Assembly (NCBI GenBank): GCA_002633005.1
Contig: NMRA01000111.1
Coordinates: 672,261 to 736,260 of the forward strand
Length of the DNA stretch: 64,000 nucleotides
Source of the DNA: Phoronis australis
Taxonomy: Eukaryota; Animalia; Phoronida
Direction of reading: 5' to 3'
Shown here one piece after another: positions 13,159-26,372 of this stretch. Position 1 is the stretch's first letter. Every line of letters begins with the position of its first letter. Below the pieces are notes generated by a model. That model had not been told where the DNA came from, did not search any database, and saw nothing but the letters and a program-made list of their open reading frames with translations. A program made the translations under genes and the position numbers.

Positions 13159-15082
13159 GTGAGTGTTTTATGTGTTTTTCATAATTAACTTAAAAATCAC
13201 AACTGCAGCTTGATGGTGAAAAAGTTCATAGTATGATCTTATTTTCTAACTGAAAAATTTAAAGCGATTGTCAGCCTTCGCCTTCCTTTTCCCATTTTTC
13301 ATCAAATTAGCTTTTTAACTACACTTAAATCTTTAGAATTAAATATTTTCAGGATTGTCAATAGAGTAAAACATCAAAGTGCTTAAACCACCTTGTTTTC
13401 ACAAGTGACTATCACTGTCTATAAAATTAAAATTAGCCTTCCTTTATAGCACTGCTTATTGCAACGGTGAATCCAGTATGCTAAAAACGAGAAATAAAGG
13501 GACTTAAGTGAACGTTTCTTAGCTCCAAGATCAGGACAATAAATTTCTAAAAACCCTAAACTGTGGGTAACTTTTTCGGCGTTTGAAGTACATCTTCTTA
13601 CTTGCTATCCTCAAGGAATCATGTCTCAGATTTTTATTTCCCTTTGATCAAAAGATATCCGTCAAATTGTTATCTAAAATGTCCTATTTTTAGCTGAGGA
13701 TATCTCCATTGTGAATCAGAAATGTGAGACACTCTTCCTTCTGTCATAGACCTTAATAGAAATGCTAAATTGCATCCGCATTGAAACTTGCTTAAATTAG
13801 AAATTGACTTTCAGAATCAACAAAAGGTTTGAAAGTTATTGACAAATTGCCACATGATCGAAATTAATGAAAATTACCCAAACAACTCGCCTACGTATTG
13901 AATAGCAGCAAACATGTACCTGCTGTATACATTACATGAAATATTAACTGTTTGGAAATTTGTATAAAGATTGACAATTATGTTAATGACTGATGTTTTA
14001 TTGATAAACTTGAGAACATTATGTACTGTTCTCCTGAAGTGTAAAAATCAAGGAAATCCACTATCAGGATATAATCTTGGATCACGCTCGATTAAACTTG
14101 TCAAGCACGCCTTTTGTATTGGTACACAATATTGTGGTTAAGCTGGTCAGAGCTTACAGTCACACAAAGGAATCTACAGTTGAAAGTTAAGAGTAATTTC
14201 TCTGAAATTCAACCGTTTTTCAACATTCAAAGTTTTTTGGTGAAAACATTTCATACAAAACACATCTGCTTCACATCATTTGTTCAAAGTCCTTTGCAAA
14301 TAGTATTTTTAAATATCCAGTAGCATCAGGCATGCTGTTTACAACATAATTGAGCTTATCAGATGAAAGCAGACAATAAGAGAGCTGGACTGTGTAAGCA
14401 GTGGTTTGCCACTGTCAAACTTACAAGGATATTGCTGTATCCAGGATTGGCCCACCAGTCAATCAGGATATTCATTCCACAGCACCAGGGTGCATAAGGA
14501 GACTGATCATTTTTATTCTCATCTAATCAATTCAATGCAGTAGTTTCCACATCATAGAAATAAGTAAACATGTTGTGTATGTGTATTTAAGCCACAATTC
14601 CACAGTGTATAGAAGAGATGTTAACTAGCCTTTAGATTTGCAGTTTGTGTAATCATATAATTCCTGTGAGAATGAAGACTGTTTTGCAGTTTTCAAACTA
14701 TTGATTGGGTTAATGTCAGACCATTCAAATTTCTTCTTGTCTGTCGTAACTGCTAAACAGGAATTCCAACACAACTGAGTTCCGTTGATGCAAGAGTCTT
14801 ACGAGAGAAGTCGTGGTCACGCACTTTGTAAAACCTTGCATGATCTACGGAACGCACACCAGTTCCCCAACGTAGGATGATGATATTTTCAGTATAGGTA
14901 TCGTTAGTGTCGGCCATTTTCCCTGTTATTATTTCGCTTCTGTGAGCATTTTCCTTGGGGTCCTTGAATGTTTGATGTCAATGTGTATTGTTTATTTATT
15001 ATGGTGACAAGTACATTGTTCGTTGATATCAGCAACATATGAATAAAATTTATTCTGTCACCCTATTGCATTTGTCAACTAG

Positions 15083-15280
15083 TTGAAAGATGCCAATAAG
15101 AAATGGGAAGAACACTTCAAGAAAACCCAGGAAGAGTTCAATCGTCAGTTGGGCTACATTGAAAAGGAAAAGGATGATTTGACGCGACAAATTGGAGAGC
15201 TCCAATCAGCAGAGGAAAAAAGACAAATAGAAATTGACCGTATCCTGTTGACTGCCAAAAAACGCTATCAAGATGAGGAA
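15083..15280 (+). CDS. TNIP1: TNIP1-like coiled-coil exon (LKDANKKWEEHF...RQIEIDRILLTAKKRYQDEE)
   Basis: tag acceptor, GAA|gtatgt donor; resembles the recalled TNIP1 segment LLEVNKQWDQHF...QRDFDRKLLLAKSKIEMEE. Confidence 0.9.
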
Positions 15281-16408
15281 GTATGTTTCTTAGAGACTTA
15301 TATTTAGGGCAGAAACTGCTTGATTTGTCAGTATGTTTAATATCGTCAATTGATATTATTAGTAGTCTGTATGTATTGCAAGCGCAAAAATATGAATGCA
15401 AAAAAATCCTGGGCCTGTGTTTCACAGCTATTCTTTTGCTGTACATTTCGTGCTCCAAAATACTCTGAATAGAAGGTAACCATTATTTACTGATAAGAGA
15501 CCATAATTGAGTTATGGTACCTTTTAAACCTTTTAAATCCACACAAATATGGACTGGAGCAAAGTTATTGAGTAGAAACTTTAGCTAGTACTTGCATAAA
15601 GTCACCCGCAAACCTGATTATATCAAATTGAAATCACAAACTTTCAATTAGAGTAACTAAACTTATCCGTCAGTGAATCTTTCATTTGAAGCAACCAATA
15701 AACTCCATTGGGTCCATTGTTAATCGCATTGCAGAAGTTAATTGGTTTCTGCATGGTGTGTAGTGAAGTATGCTGTTGAAAAAGTTTTGGCTCAGTATTG
15801 AAAGTCATTCTTTGGTTAGATCATTGCAGGATAATTATCTCATGTTTTAATGCCTTGCTTGAACTTGACTTGTTCATTTGATTGCATAAACCAAGTATTA
15901 CTACTATCACGTCACTTGGGTATCATTACAATGATGTCACTTGAGGGGAAAGATAGAGCAGACTTTGGTCATTCCTCACTTAGCTATTCAGGATAGATAG
16001 AAGATAGTCAAACAAACAATTCAGCGAGGACCCTAAACTCTTTGTTAGATGTGTTTAGTTACACAGTCCAATTGATACAGTTGCATGACTAAGGGTGCAT
16101 TGAGGGTGAGTGACACCCATGATTTATAAGTGCCCCAAAATTGTAAGCAGCTGCGGATTAGTTACCCCCTCCATGCCCAAAATGGGTGCAGTTCGGAATA
16201 ATGTTGACTACCTAAATCGAAACAAAGGGTTCCCCTCCAAAATATGACCCAAAACAGTGGATTTCAATGCTGGAACTTTGACTATTTCCTTGCTGTTTGT
16301 TGTATGAGATGCCTTGTTTCACAAGACTTGCGAATTAAAAAGCAACCTTGTTTAACCATCATGTTTGTAGTTGGTGATAGTGACTAATTGTTTTCTGTGA
16401 TTTTCAAG

Positions 16409-16513
16409 ACCCAGAAAGAAGATGCACTCCAGGAACTTCACATGGTAAATGTTCAGAAAGAACAACTTCAGAAGCAGTTGCATGCTCTCGAGAATCAAAG
16501 GCAACAGAGAGAG
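16409..16513 (+). CDS. TNIP1: TNIP1-like coiled-coil exon (TQKEDALQELHMVNVQKEQLQKQLHALENQRQQRE)
   Basis: ttttcaag acceptor, GAG|gtaagt donor, 105 nt, phase 0-0, heptad-rich. Confidence 0.85.
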
Positions 16514-17009
16514 GTAAGTGTATAGTGAGTGTAAATGTGAAAAATAGTTGAATTGTTTGGTTAATGGTTTGGTTCTAGTGTAATATTAAGACAACTTTCC
16601 ATTTAGTTCTTTAATGAAAATTAAATATTGTGTTTGCTTACAGTTGGTGTCTGCACTGAAGTCACACTTCAGATATTTGTTGCCAACTACATTGAAGCCA
16701 ATTGTAGTTCATTTACTAGTCATGTGACTTCAGGTTGTCTTTGGTAATGTGAAGACTTTCTTCTCACGTACATAGATGACTTCAACCAAATAGTAAGCGT
16801 GTCTCAGTTACCTTGAGGACGATCATGACGGAACTGTCTTGGCTATGACTATAAAGGTATAGTCGGATAATGAGTGATTGTTATGTTAAAATGTTGAAGC
16901 CAAGTTCCATGCCAGAACTAACGAGCAATGCAGAGCGTTGGTATGCACCCATTGTTTGCATTGTATCGGTGTAGATGTATGTGATTATAATTATTCTAAA
17001 CATTCCTAC

Positions 17010-17645
17010 TAAAGGCAACAATGCATGCTAATAAACCTAAAATAGCCTCTAGGGGGCATATAGCAAGTCAGTAATGCTCTCAATAGGCACGTGCCTGCCA
17101 TCTTTATTAATTCTTCAAGAAATTTGAAAGATATGGAGTCTGACAACAAAGGACACAAAAATGAAATTAAGGCCATTGGTGGGCAAAATGTATGTCGAAT
17201 CCATCGAAAACGAGATCAGTGGTGTTGTCTACATGACTGTAACTTTTATGAAGTTTCTTGACCATCCAAAGAAATTGCCACTAGACAACTACACAGATGT
17301 TGGGATTAAATTTGACTGGACGTGCATTTCTAAGGAACATGACAACAGCTGACCGCAAGTTACAGACGGATCCAATATTGGCATATCTGTGTTCCTACTG
17401 GGAAGTGCATGACTGACAATGATTTTTGAATGGGTCGGACTCCTGTGGTGCCCTCTTGTGTCAATTTCTTATCTGTGATTCAATACAAGTTATTTGATGG
17501 ATCTGTCCAAAATTTGGCCCATGACGACTTATTTGCAATAGGATTATATTCTGCAAAATCTCACGAACATCCATCAAGGGGTTTTGGAGAATCAGCAGCT
17601 GACAGATGGGGATCACGATATAATGCTCCCACTTTTATGAAGGTG
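17010..17645 (+). mobile_element. Degenerate copy of the same HINE-like family; boundaries approximate
   Basis: aaaatagcctctagggggc, aaggccattggtgggcaaaatgtatgtcgaatccatcgaaaac and tataatgctcccac match the family modules. Confidence 0.5.
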
Positions 17646-18498
17646 TTGTGCATAAAACTGGTCTGTTAATCAGTCCCTAAAGAACAAAATTACTGTGTGA
17701 TTTACTGTCATTAGGTATGTGCTCATTTAGTCCCAACTCACTTGAATATAAAACTCCGGCTGAATTTGAATTGAGACGCATGTTCTTAATACCAGAAGCA
17801 CTAGAGTAAAACCAAGATACAAGTTTTAAAATTGGTAATTGGTGAATCTTCACTTTGAAAATGGCAAAAAAATACAAAAATGTCCACTTTTTAAAATGAG
17901 GGACATCCAACTGCGCCTGTAAATGAATCTTAGGCGCATGTGTGCTATGTGTGCAAAACACTTGAAGGCAAAGAAATCTTTTTCAGATTTCGATAACTGA
18001 GTCTGAATATGTCATATGTCATATAAGGCGTCCAGTAGTGGTTTGTTACAGTTGTACTGAACACAGTTCCTAAGTTGTCAAAATATGTTGTTGAATGTCT
18101 ACACAAAAATGTACTACAAACAGAAGTTGCTAATTCAGTGGGTCTGCATTCTGCAGTTCATTCAGTTGATTTACATCTGCTCACTGTAAATTGTCTGCGG
18201 AATGAGCTGAATGAGAATTTCATTGTTATTGTCTCAATTATTAATTTAATTAAATCAAATTGTATGAAAGCAGGAACTGGTCACAAAGCTATCTCTCTTT
18301 TCTTGGAATAATTTGATAGGAGTCCTTTTTCTTGACAAAACTGACCGAGGCTGCAGTATTGTGCTTTTAATCAGGTTTGCTCGATGTAGAACGCTCTTCT
18401 GTTTATGGAACTTGGCATTGGGAAAAGGGCACTTTGAAAAGTCTTTATGAACAGTTGAGTCTATGTATACCGTCACTTACATGCATGGTTTGTTGTAG

Positions 18499-18591
18499 GG
18501 AATGCAGACTGCTCCCGCTCAATTTGAACAGGGCCACCTCGATGCCAATGTCTATGCCTTGCACGAGGAAATAGCTGTGTTGAAGCAGCAG
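18499..18591 (+). CDS. TNIP1: TNIP1-like exon ending in the AHD1-like segment (…LHEEIAVLKQQ)
   Basis: ttgttgtag acceptor, CAG|gttggt donor, 93 nt; LKQQ joins directly to the UBAN exon as in ABIN proteins. Confidence 0.85.
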
Positions 18592-19476
18592 GTTGGTACA
18601 ATTTTCTTGGAGTAATTCTTCGCCGTGTTATGCTTGGCAAAAGATGGATGTGGTAGAAAGGTTTTTCAACTGAGTAGCTGGTGTGGCAGAACAGTAGAAA
18701 CGATGGAATCCTGTTTCAAAAATAAGAAAATGCCTGCTTCATATCTGGTATCTCAGATTGAAAAAATATTTATTAACATAATATTCATGTTTACATTGAT
18801 TTAATGCATTTTACCAGCTTGCACAATGTCTCTCTATAGTATCCCTAAAGTGATGGTATACCCATTAGTAACGTAGTGTGTTGTTCTGTTTAGTGTGCAG
18901 GTGAACACCAAGAACATCGTGTATATCCAGTATATATCACTGTGACTAAATCGTGAGAACACTGAGAGCGTGCGTGTGTACTGTTGGCTGCGTTTATTAA
19001 AAAATTATTTTTCATGCGTTGTAGACTAAAGAAGTCATGCAATTTATGGGTGTCAAAGCTAAAAATGTCGCTTTTGTTTTGAAAGTTGCAGTCAGTAAAA
19101 ATGCTGCCTCACAGATGCGTTGATCATGTGATTCACCTTCTGTGCATGTCCGTCCTATTGTGTGAAAATTGCATTATATTCCTGGTAGGTTTCGATTAGG
19201 AATCATTTTGCATTACTACACAAAATTGCCAGATCAGAATTTTCATTTCCAACAAACATGGCTGAAATAATTTGGGATCAGGAGCATACTTCTCACTTGA
19301 AAGTCTTTATGAGGCCTGTCAATCTAAGACCAGACTGTTGTTGCCGGATGACTGGGTGGGATTTTCATTTGGTGAGGGACACAACGGGTTAGTGGAAATA
19401 ATTCCTGTGCTAAAGAAAGTTTCTGGAATTTCGAAATACATGTGAATGCAGCTATTGACGGCTATTTGGAATACAT

Positions 19477-19947
19477 CAGGGCTTGGAATTTTCCGCGGAA
19501 ACGCGGATTTCCGCTTTTTTCAAATGTTCTGTCTGCGCATTTTATTATATTTCCGTGTAAAAAAATTGGATTTGATATAAAATTTCCGCGGCAAATTCGT
19601 TTCTTACCGCGGCATTGCAGACGACGTTCACCTCGAAAAGCGGAAGTTGCTCTTTATGTTTCGGAGGAACGTAAATTGTCAACATTGCCGGGGCATCTGG
19701 GTAAGCGTGGGGATTTTCAATGGCGTCTCGTGTTATTGTAAACCGCGGCGACAAATACTACGGCTCTGCAGCCAAAAATGTGTGGGTTGGGAGTGGAAGG
19801 ACGAGCTAAAAGGACGCAGACGCATGCTAGTGATGGTGGTAATGTTTTTTTTTTTACTAGTCCTCCCGATTTTTGTCAGGGAAAGGTTCTCATCGACCAT
19901 TTCAAGGCTGGGCAGCGCATTTTTGCCATTGGTCATTCCAAGCCCTG
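19477..19947. mobile_element. hAT-like MITE with 13-bp TIR CAGGGCTTGGAAT and 6-bp flanking direct repeat ATACAT
   Basis: atacat|cagggcttggaat … attccaagccctg|atacat; interior is CpG-rich compared with the flanks. Confidence 0.85.
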
Positions 19948-21883
19948 ATACATGCAAAGAGGGGAGAACATTGTGATAACCATGGAACTGTTGTAATTGT
20001 TTTTTCTCTCACACAAAAACACTGTTTGTTCTTTAAAATCCTTGGATCTGATTTTTAGAGTCTGCTGAATACATTTCATTTTATTCAAGTTGATTCTTAA
20101 AATTTTCTATTAAAAGCTGCCACAAAGCCGTCTCACAGGCAGCTTCCTGTCGTCCATACTCTGTTATTACATTTGCTTGTGCATAGATTTTCTCCCAAAC
20201 CCCTTGACGGCTTGGCAAATTCTGATGACACTTGCACAAAGATATATGAGGAGAATGCACTGGCACCTGACGTATTCAAGTATAGCTCCTTCTGTTGGCC
20301 ACTTTAGTTTTTAGTTAGATATTGAGATGCGCTGGCGCTTATTGATTGTTGGACACGTACTATCATTGTGTCCCCTGCTCATTGTAAAGATACTGCTTGG
20401 TCTTTTAATTCCAAACGGAGAAGTTTATGGCTGGGAGGCACCACTACCAGTTGATTGACAGCTTTTTAGTCCTGTAAGAAGTATGCCGTTAGCAGTGCAG
20501 ACGTGTTCTCTGTTCATCACTTTTCTTTGCACTTGCTTGAACATAAACCACAGGTTTTAAAAGGAGTGTACCATCACTTTAAAGCTTCAGTAATGATTAG
20601 ATTTTTTGGAAATCCTAATAATAATCAGTTGCACCTCGTTAGATTCAATGGCTAGATTTTAGCATTTTAATGTAATGTCACATAAGGCAGTTTTTATCTA
20701 ATACTTTTGACGCAGTTGATAGTTTTTATTTTACGTACTATTAAGCTTGTTCTTGCTTACCTTTTTATGTATTCTTATTGTTTTTGCACTAATTTTGGTT
20801 GGTGAAGGAGCGACACAAGACATTTGGCCGTGAATTCTCTGAGAGAAGAACATTTACCAAAATCCGGATTTCTTTATCGGTTACATGTTTTTATTGGTGT
20901 ATTATTTATTCACGCGACAAAGAGGTGCATATCACGATAGTCCCTATGCAAGATTTGTAAGCTGATAGCAAGAAAATGCTCATCTGAAATGTAACCCAAA
21001 CTGATGTAGTAATGGAGCAGGAACTTTGGCAGAATATGTTTATTGCTACAACCGTGCCAGAACAGTGGAAGCAAAATGCCAGTACAACACACAACATTGT
21101 ATCTAGTCATGCTTGGTGCATTGTGTAACTACCAAGAAAGAATTGTCGTTTCAATATGTGGAAGACTTTGGCATGCCAGGCCTAAGTATTGCCAGACATT
21201 CTAACTGATCTCCAAGGACAGCGTCAGCTTTTTGATATTGTAAAGGATTTCCATAAATTTGGCAAGTTGATAGCAGGATTGATGCGTAAGTTTTTTTATA
21301 CATCTACAATACGAGTGTCATTGACTTTGCAGATAGATGTGTTAAACTCTTATGAAATGTAAAAAGTGCCTTTGGTGTTAATGTTATTGCCACAAGGAAA
21401 GGACAAAAAATTTACTGAGAGGTTCATATGTGGATTAACACAGCTATGTGTCAGACCAGGTTAAATGAAACTTTGAGTGAAATTATAACCAAAGCTTGTT
21501 GCGACCTAGAGCATTTTAACTCGCACCTTGAAAATAACTGTTGAAATCTTTTACCCAATCTGAGTTATAGTTTCTTTCCTGTCAATTAATTTCACTCGAG
21601 CTGAATTAATGAATTATAGGTTGGAACAAGTGTAGTTGTAGTTGTAAAGTTCTTTGCACTGAATGCTTTAAATTGTTCACGATTAACATTTGTCATTTTT
21701 TTACATAATGCTACAGAATTCAATTTCTTAAAGACTAGAAAATGGAGTATGCATGGTTTTCCTTTTATAAGGATTATTAGCGCCAAGGCATCTAAATATC
21801 TGAATCACCAAGCTCGGTCAATGAGAACTTTGACCATGCAAGTGTCTCACGCAAACTTATATGTAACCATGATTTTGATTTTT

Positions 21884-22070
21884 AAGCACCCTCATGGGGA
21901 AATACTCTTGTCTGTGTAACTCTTATAGAAGCACCCTCATGGGGATGTGCTCCTGTCTGTGTAACTCTTATAGAAGCACCCTCATGGGGATATGCTCCTG
22001 TCTGTTTCATTCTTATAGAAGCACCCTCTTGGGGATATGCTCCTGTCTGTTTCACTCTTATAGAAGCTTT
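21884..22070. repeat. 45-bp minisatellite, 4 copies
   Basis: agcaccctcatggggatatgctcctgtctgtgtaactcttataga at 45-bp period. Confidence 0.95.
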
Positions 22071-22225
22071 TGTGGAGATATTGCTCTCTGCAACTGCCTT
22101 GTTTTTCATGTACAGAAATTCTTGAACAAAAATAATTTCCAAAATTGCCATTTTCCATATTTCAAAGGCTGCTTATTAAATTACTGCAGGTGGCAGAGAA
22201 TTGACTAAAAGTTATTTTATGACAC

Positions 22226-22338
22226 CTACACAGTACAAACCATGCTAATTTTAGACTAAAATTAATTATAGACTAAAATTTTCTTGTGGAGAAATTTGTC
22301 AAAACAGAATTTCGCTTGTTGGCCATATCGTGTGCTAC
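22226..22338. repeat. Short dispersed repeat, second copy at about 49109-49190
   Basis: Shared ctacacagtacaaaccatg…agaattt..cttgttggccata..gtgtgcta. Confidence 0.7.
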
Positions 22339-23576
22339 ATGAATGAAGAATTACGGTTTATATTCTGCTGCATTTAAAGCACTCTTTGTTTGTCATAGTG
22401 TTTCAATGGAATTTTAGTTCATAGTTTTGTTATAGCTGCATAACCAGTGATAATTGGAGATTTGTTACCGTAGTTTGGAAAATGCGGTATGCGTTTAGTC
22501 TTTAGGAAAACAAAAGTTTTTCTTACTGGAAATTCCTTGAGACCCTGTTCGTAACATGCTTTATAGAAATTATATTGATATGGCGTATATAAATAAACTT
22601 TGGTCTAAGCGATATCTTACTTCAGTTGATGGCGAGACCAGCAGAAGCTCAGTTATGTTGTTCTGCTGGTAAGTACATAGACACAAGAGGACTGGTTCGG
22701 CTGCGGCACTTTCAACTGGAGATGTATTACAGTTTTGAGGGACTGCATTTTGTTTTTCATACTGGCTTATGATATTTTATTGTGTATATGATTTTTTAAA
22801 AGAAATATCTTAAGATTTGATAGCAGAGTCTTTGTCTATTCCTCTATGTCCAGGGCTCATTGTAAAGTTTCTTTCTCGGAGGCAATTAGAATGTGACACT
22901 TGCATTTTGAGCTGCATTGTAGGGTCCTTTGTTTACATTGTAGGGTCCTTTGGTAAAAGTATTTGGCAGGATGGTGTTAATTTCTGCATGTAACTTGGCA
23001 ACATCCACCTCCCAATCTTTGTTGTGTACCATCCTGTTATTCAGCTAATGCCGATTATCAGTCGTAATATTGGCTGGACTGAAGGTGCTGTACCTCTTGA
23101 TTATGACAAACCATTCTTTTTGAGGTGGACAAATACAAGTCTTTCTTGGAAGTGTCTGGTCATGCACCACTAGCTTGAAGAGGGTGGCAGAATTGCAGGA
23201 GAGGAAGAACATTAATCCACCATGTGGAAGAAGCTGCCTAAAACTGCTGATTTGTTATTGCCTAACAGGCTTGCATTTGATTCTCAATTTTCTTCTTTGC
23301 CAGAAAGCAGCTGCAGTAACTAGCGCTAATCCTACTTTCATTGAAAAAGGACCACAAAAACACTTGAAGCATCTGAGTTGCGGATTAAATTTGCTGATCA
23401 ATTGCGAATTTCGACATAAGTTGTAACTGTTATACTTTTCTTTCAGTGTTAGCTTGGTTGACAAAGGTCTTATAGGTCATATTTTGTGGTGTGCATGATT
23501 ATCTCCTGAAAGATATTTGCTCCTTGTATGCATATTGTTGTGAGCTACACATTTGACTTGATTGTATTATTTTTAG

Positions 23577-23841
23577 ATTACAACCTATCAGGAGGACTTT
23601 GAGAATGAACGCAGAGATCGCGAGCGCATCCAACAACTGAAGGAACAATACAAAGAGATGCTGGACAATGCCAAGGTTGACAAGGCCAACGTAGATCGAC
23701 AGCTGGATATGCAAAACCGGACACTGGAACACTTGAGGCGAATGAAACAGGAAGTGGAATATGACCTGGGTGTTGCTAGGAGGGAACTGATGGACTTGAG
23801 AAGGACGGGCATCAACCAACCTCCGCCTGCACCGGGTCCAG
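23577..23841 (+). CDS. TNIP1: TNIP1-like UBAN exon (ITTYQEDFENERRDRERIQ...QPPPAPGP)
   Basis: tttttag acceptor, G|gtagga donor; DFxxER UBAN signature of ABIN/NEMO/optineurin. Confidence 0.92.
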
Positions 23842-24642
23842 GTAGGAGATGTAGCAAGATAATGGGGGACTGATTGGCTGTGCCGGGCATCACAGTGGAT
23901 TTAATGACTGTGTCGCTCTGTTGGGTGATTGATTGGTTGGCAGTTCCTGTAGGTAAAGGAGCGCCAGGTTGAATGGTTGTTTCTCTTCGAGTGACTGCGT
24001 AAGTTGGGAGGTGTGAACATTGTGATAGGTTAGAAAGCTGGCCAACTGGCAGCTTGTGAATAAACTTGGCATTAAAGTTGACCAGATATTAGTGGTGCGG
24101 AAAAATGATTGGCTAGTAACGACCAAATATTTCACAGAAGGTAGCACAAAACTGTAGAGATTGTTCAATTGCTGACTGGCTAAAGAGGAATTCAATTGTT
24201 GCTGCATATTGTGTCATGAATTTAATGTATACATATGGGATGCATCTTATGCAGTGAAAGTTGTTGAAATATTAGTATACGATAGTGCAATGACTTGGCT
24301 TAAAATTATATACTGGGACTTTTTGTGCTTAAAGTATCATCACATGAAACTTGTACTGGAGTCAAAAAGGGTATCCCAAAAACATCTTTTATTTTTCTTC
24401 GCTTCACGATGCTATTATCAGACAAGCTGCTGACATCAGACACATATTTAGTTGACAATCTTGGACTGTAGCGACTGGTGTCGCAACTGTCACAAACATG
24501 AGCTAATCAAGGTTGTTTGCTTATGTCATGTGGCACGATTCTACTAGATTGTCTGTGTACAGACTGAATGGGTTGTGAATAAGCTATGGTATGAACAGAT
24601 TTGTCTATTGTGTTTGTGAGTTAGATGTTGTTGTCTTTTCAG

Positions 24643-24738
24643 TAAATATGTTTGGTATGCCCAATTGGAGTTGTCAACATTGCACATTCAGTAATCCGGG
24701 TCAACGAACCTCCTGTGAAATTTGTGGGTCACCCAAAA
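24643..24738 (+). CDS. TNIP1: NZF (RanBP2-type) zinc finger exon (VNMFGMPNWSCQHCTFSNPGQRTSCEICGSPK)
   Basis: cttttcag acceptor, A|gtgagt donor, 96 nt, phase 1-1, in frame with flanking exons; W-x-C-x2-C-TF-x-N-x6-C-x2-C motif. Confidence 0.88.
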
Positions 24739-26345
24739 GTGAGTAATTTCAAACCAGTTGGACAATTTCTTCCCACGTGTTCTTTATCATATTTTGGTTA
24801 ACTTGTAAGAAGAGTAAATGTTTTAATACTGGTTGTCAAAAGTTGAACGATTGCTGTGCAGTTGTTTCACAGTAAGTAGTGTTACTTTTTAAGCATCAAA
24901 TACAAAGCTGTGTGTAACATTTTGCCAATCTTTTCCTTTACAGCATTGATGTTGTTATGTGATTCTTGTACCGCCTCAGTTTACTAGTACTTTAAACAGC
25001 CATTGACAATTTTTCCACTAAACAAACAATCAACACACGTGCCAGTTCCACCTGGGTTTCTGTAGCTGGTGCGGGACATTCCCCAATGTTGGATTTGTAG
25101 TTAGCTGAGACTTTGGTCAATAAAATTTTAATATTTTAATTTACTTTTACATTATAATGACAGTTTTGTTATTATATTTCCCTTGGAGTATATGCAACAG
25201 TTATTGGTTTTCATACAGGTCAGGTGTTGATCACTTCACATGAACTATAGTTAGGTCTGAATGATCTCTTTCTTGACCAGGATTCGGACACGAGACTTTC
25301 TGCTAACTGCACTGATTTATAACATTATAATATAATGTACACGTATATTGTCCCCCTAAGTTTCTTTAGCAAGTGGTCCAACATGCACAAGTCTTGCCCA
25401 TCACGTAAAAGGATACTAAACCCTGTTTTGATGATTTCAACAAATCCTGGTTTTGTCGGCTAAAAACTCGTACTCGCTATGTCACAGATTGGACATTATG
25501 GTCCTCGATGGCTGGTATTTTCCCCACAGTTGCCAGTCACTAAAAGCGTAGGTCACGCTTGCCTAATTAGCAGACACTGAATTCGGAGTTATTCCTCCAA
25601 ACCTTTGAGCATTATCAAGGGTTTCACAGCGTTATTTCGTTTCAGAGAACTGGATGGTAGAGTTGTTTTTAGCATCTGACAATATGCCTAAACTGTTTAT
25701 GGTGTCCTTTTACTGACCTTTAAAATGACCTTTGCTATTGGTATGGCAATAGATTGATAAAATCCACAAGTTTGTTCGTTGCCTGCTTACAGCGGACTCC
25801 TTTTCTTGTTTTTTTTGCATTGAATCATCTCTGCACAACGTGGTTTCTGGTATTGCAATGTCAAAAGTGAGTTACTCGAAGTACACAGATTCATGCTTTG
25901 TTCATCATCTTAAGAACTTCATTGCAAGCTGATTTAAAGTAATTGTGTGCAAGACATATTATTGCTTGTTATTGCTTCTGTCTGAACGTTGTTTAATTCA
26001 TGTTCATGATGCAATGATGGAATCTTGGGCCTGTTATTTTCACTGATTTGAGAAAGTGGAAACGAAATAATTAATCTCATTAAGCAATTCTTATTGCCAT
26101 TTACCCTTCGCTTTATGGAAATCTCGACCATCGCAAGTAGGGATGCTGGCTATGTTGGGGGGGGGGGGGNTCTATCACATAAATGCGTTATATCAAAGTG
26201 ATGTCTGCAAATTATTCTTCTGCACTTGCTACTATTAATGATGTTCTATCAATGTCATCCTTACATACACATGATAGATTTCTTAATTCATAATTTACCT
26301 TTTCTCAACAAAATTAAACATTGTTTTGCTCTTTTTTTTCTTTAG

Positions 26346-26372
26346 TATCGGCTATCACTCATCGGAATTTTG
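26346..26372 (+). CDS. Candidate 27-nt cassette microexon (ISAITHRNF)
   Basis: Strong polypyrimidine tract ttgttttgctcttttttttctttag, G|gtgaaa donor, phase 1-1, no stop codon. Confidence 0.4.

Noticed and set aside
21882-22208. Repetitive Cys-rich ORFs on both strands
   Set aside because: By-product of a 45-bp minisatellite; no convincing splice sites or homology.
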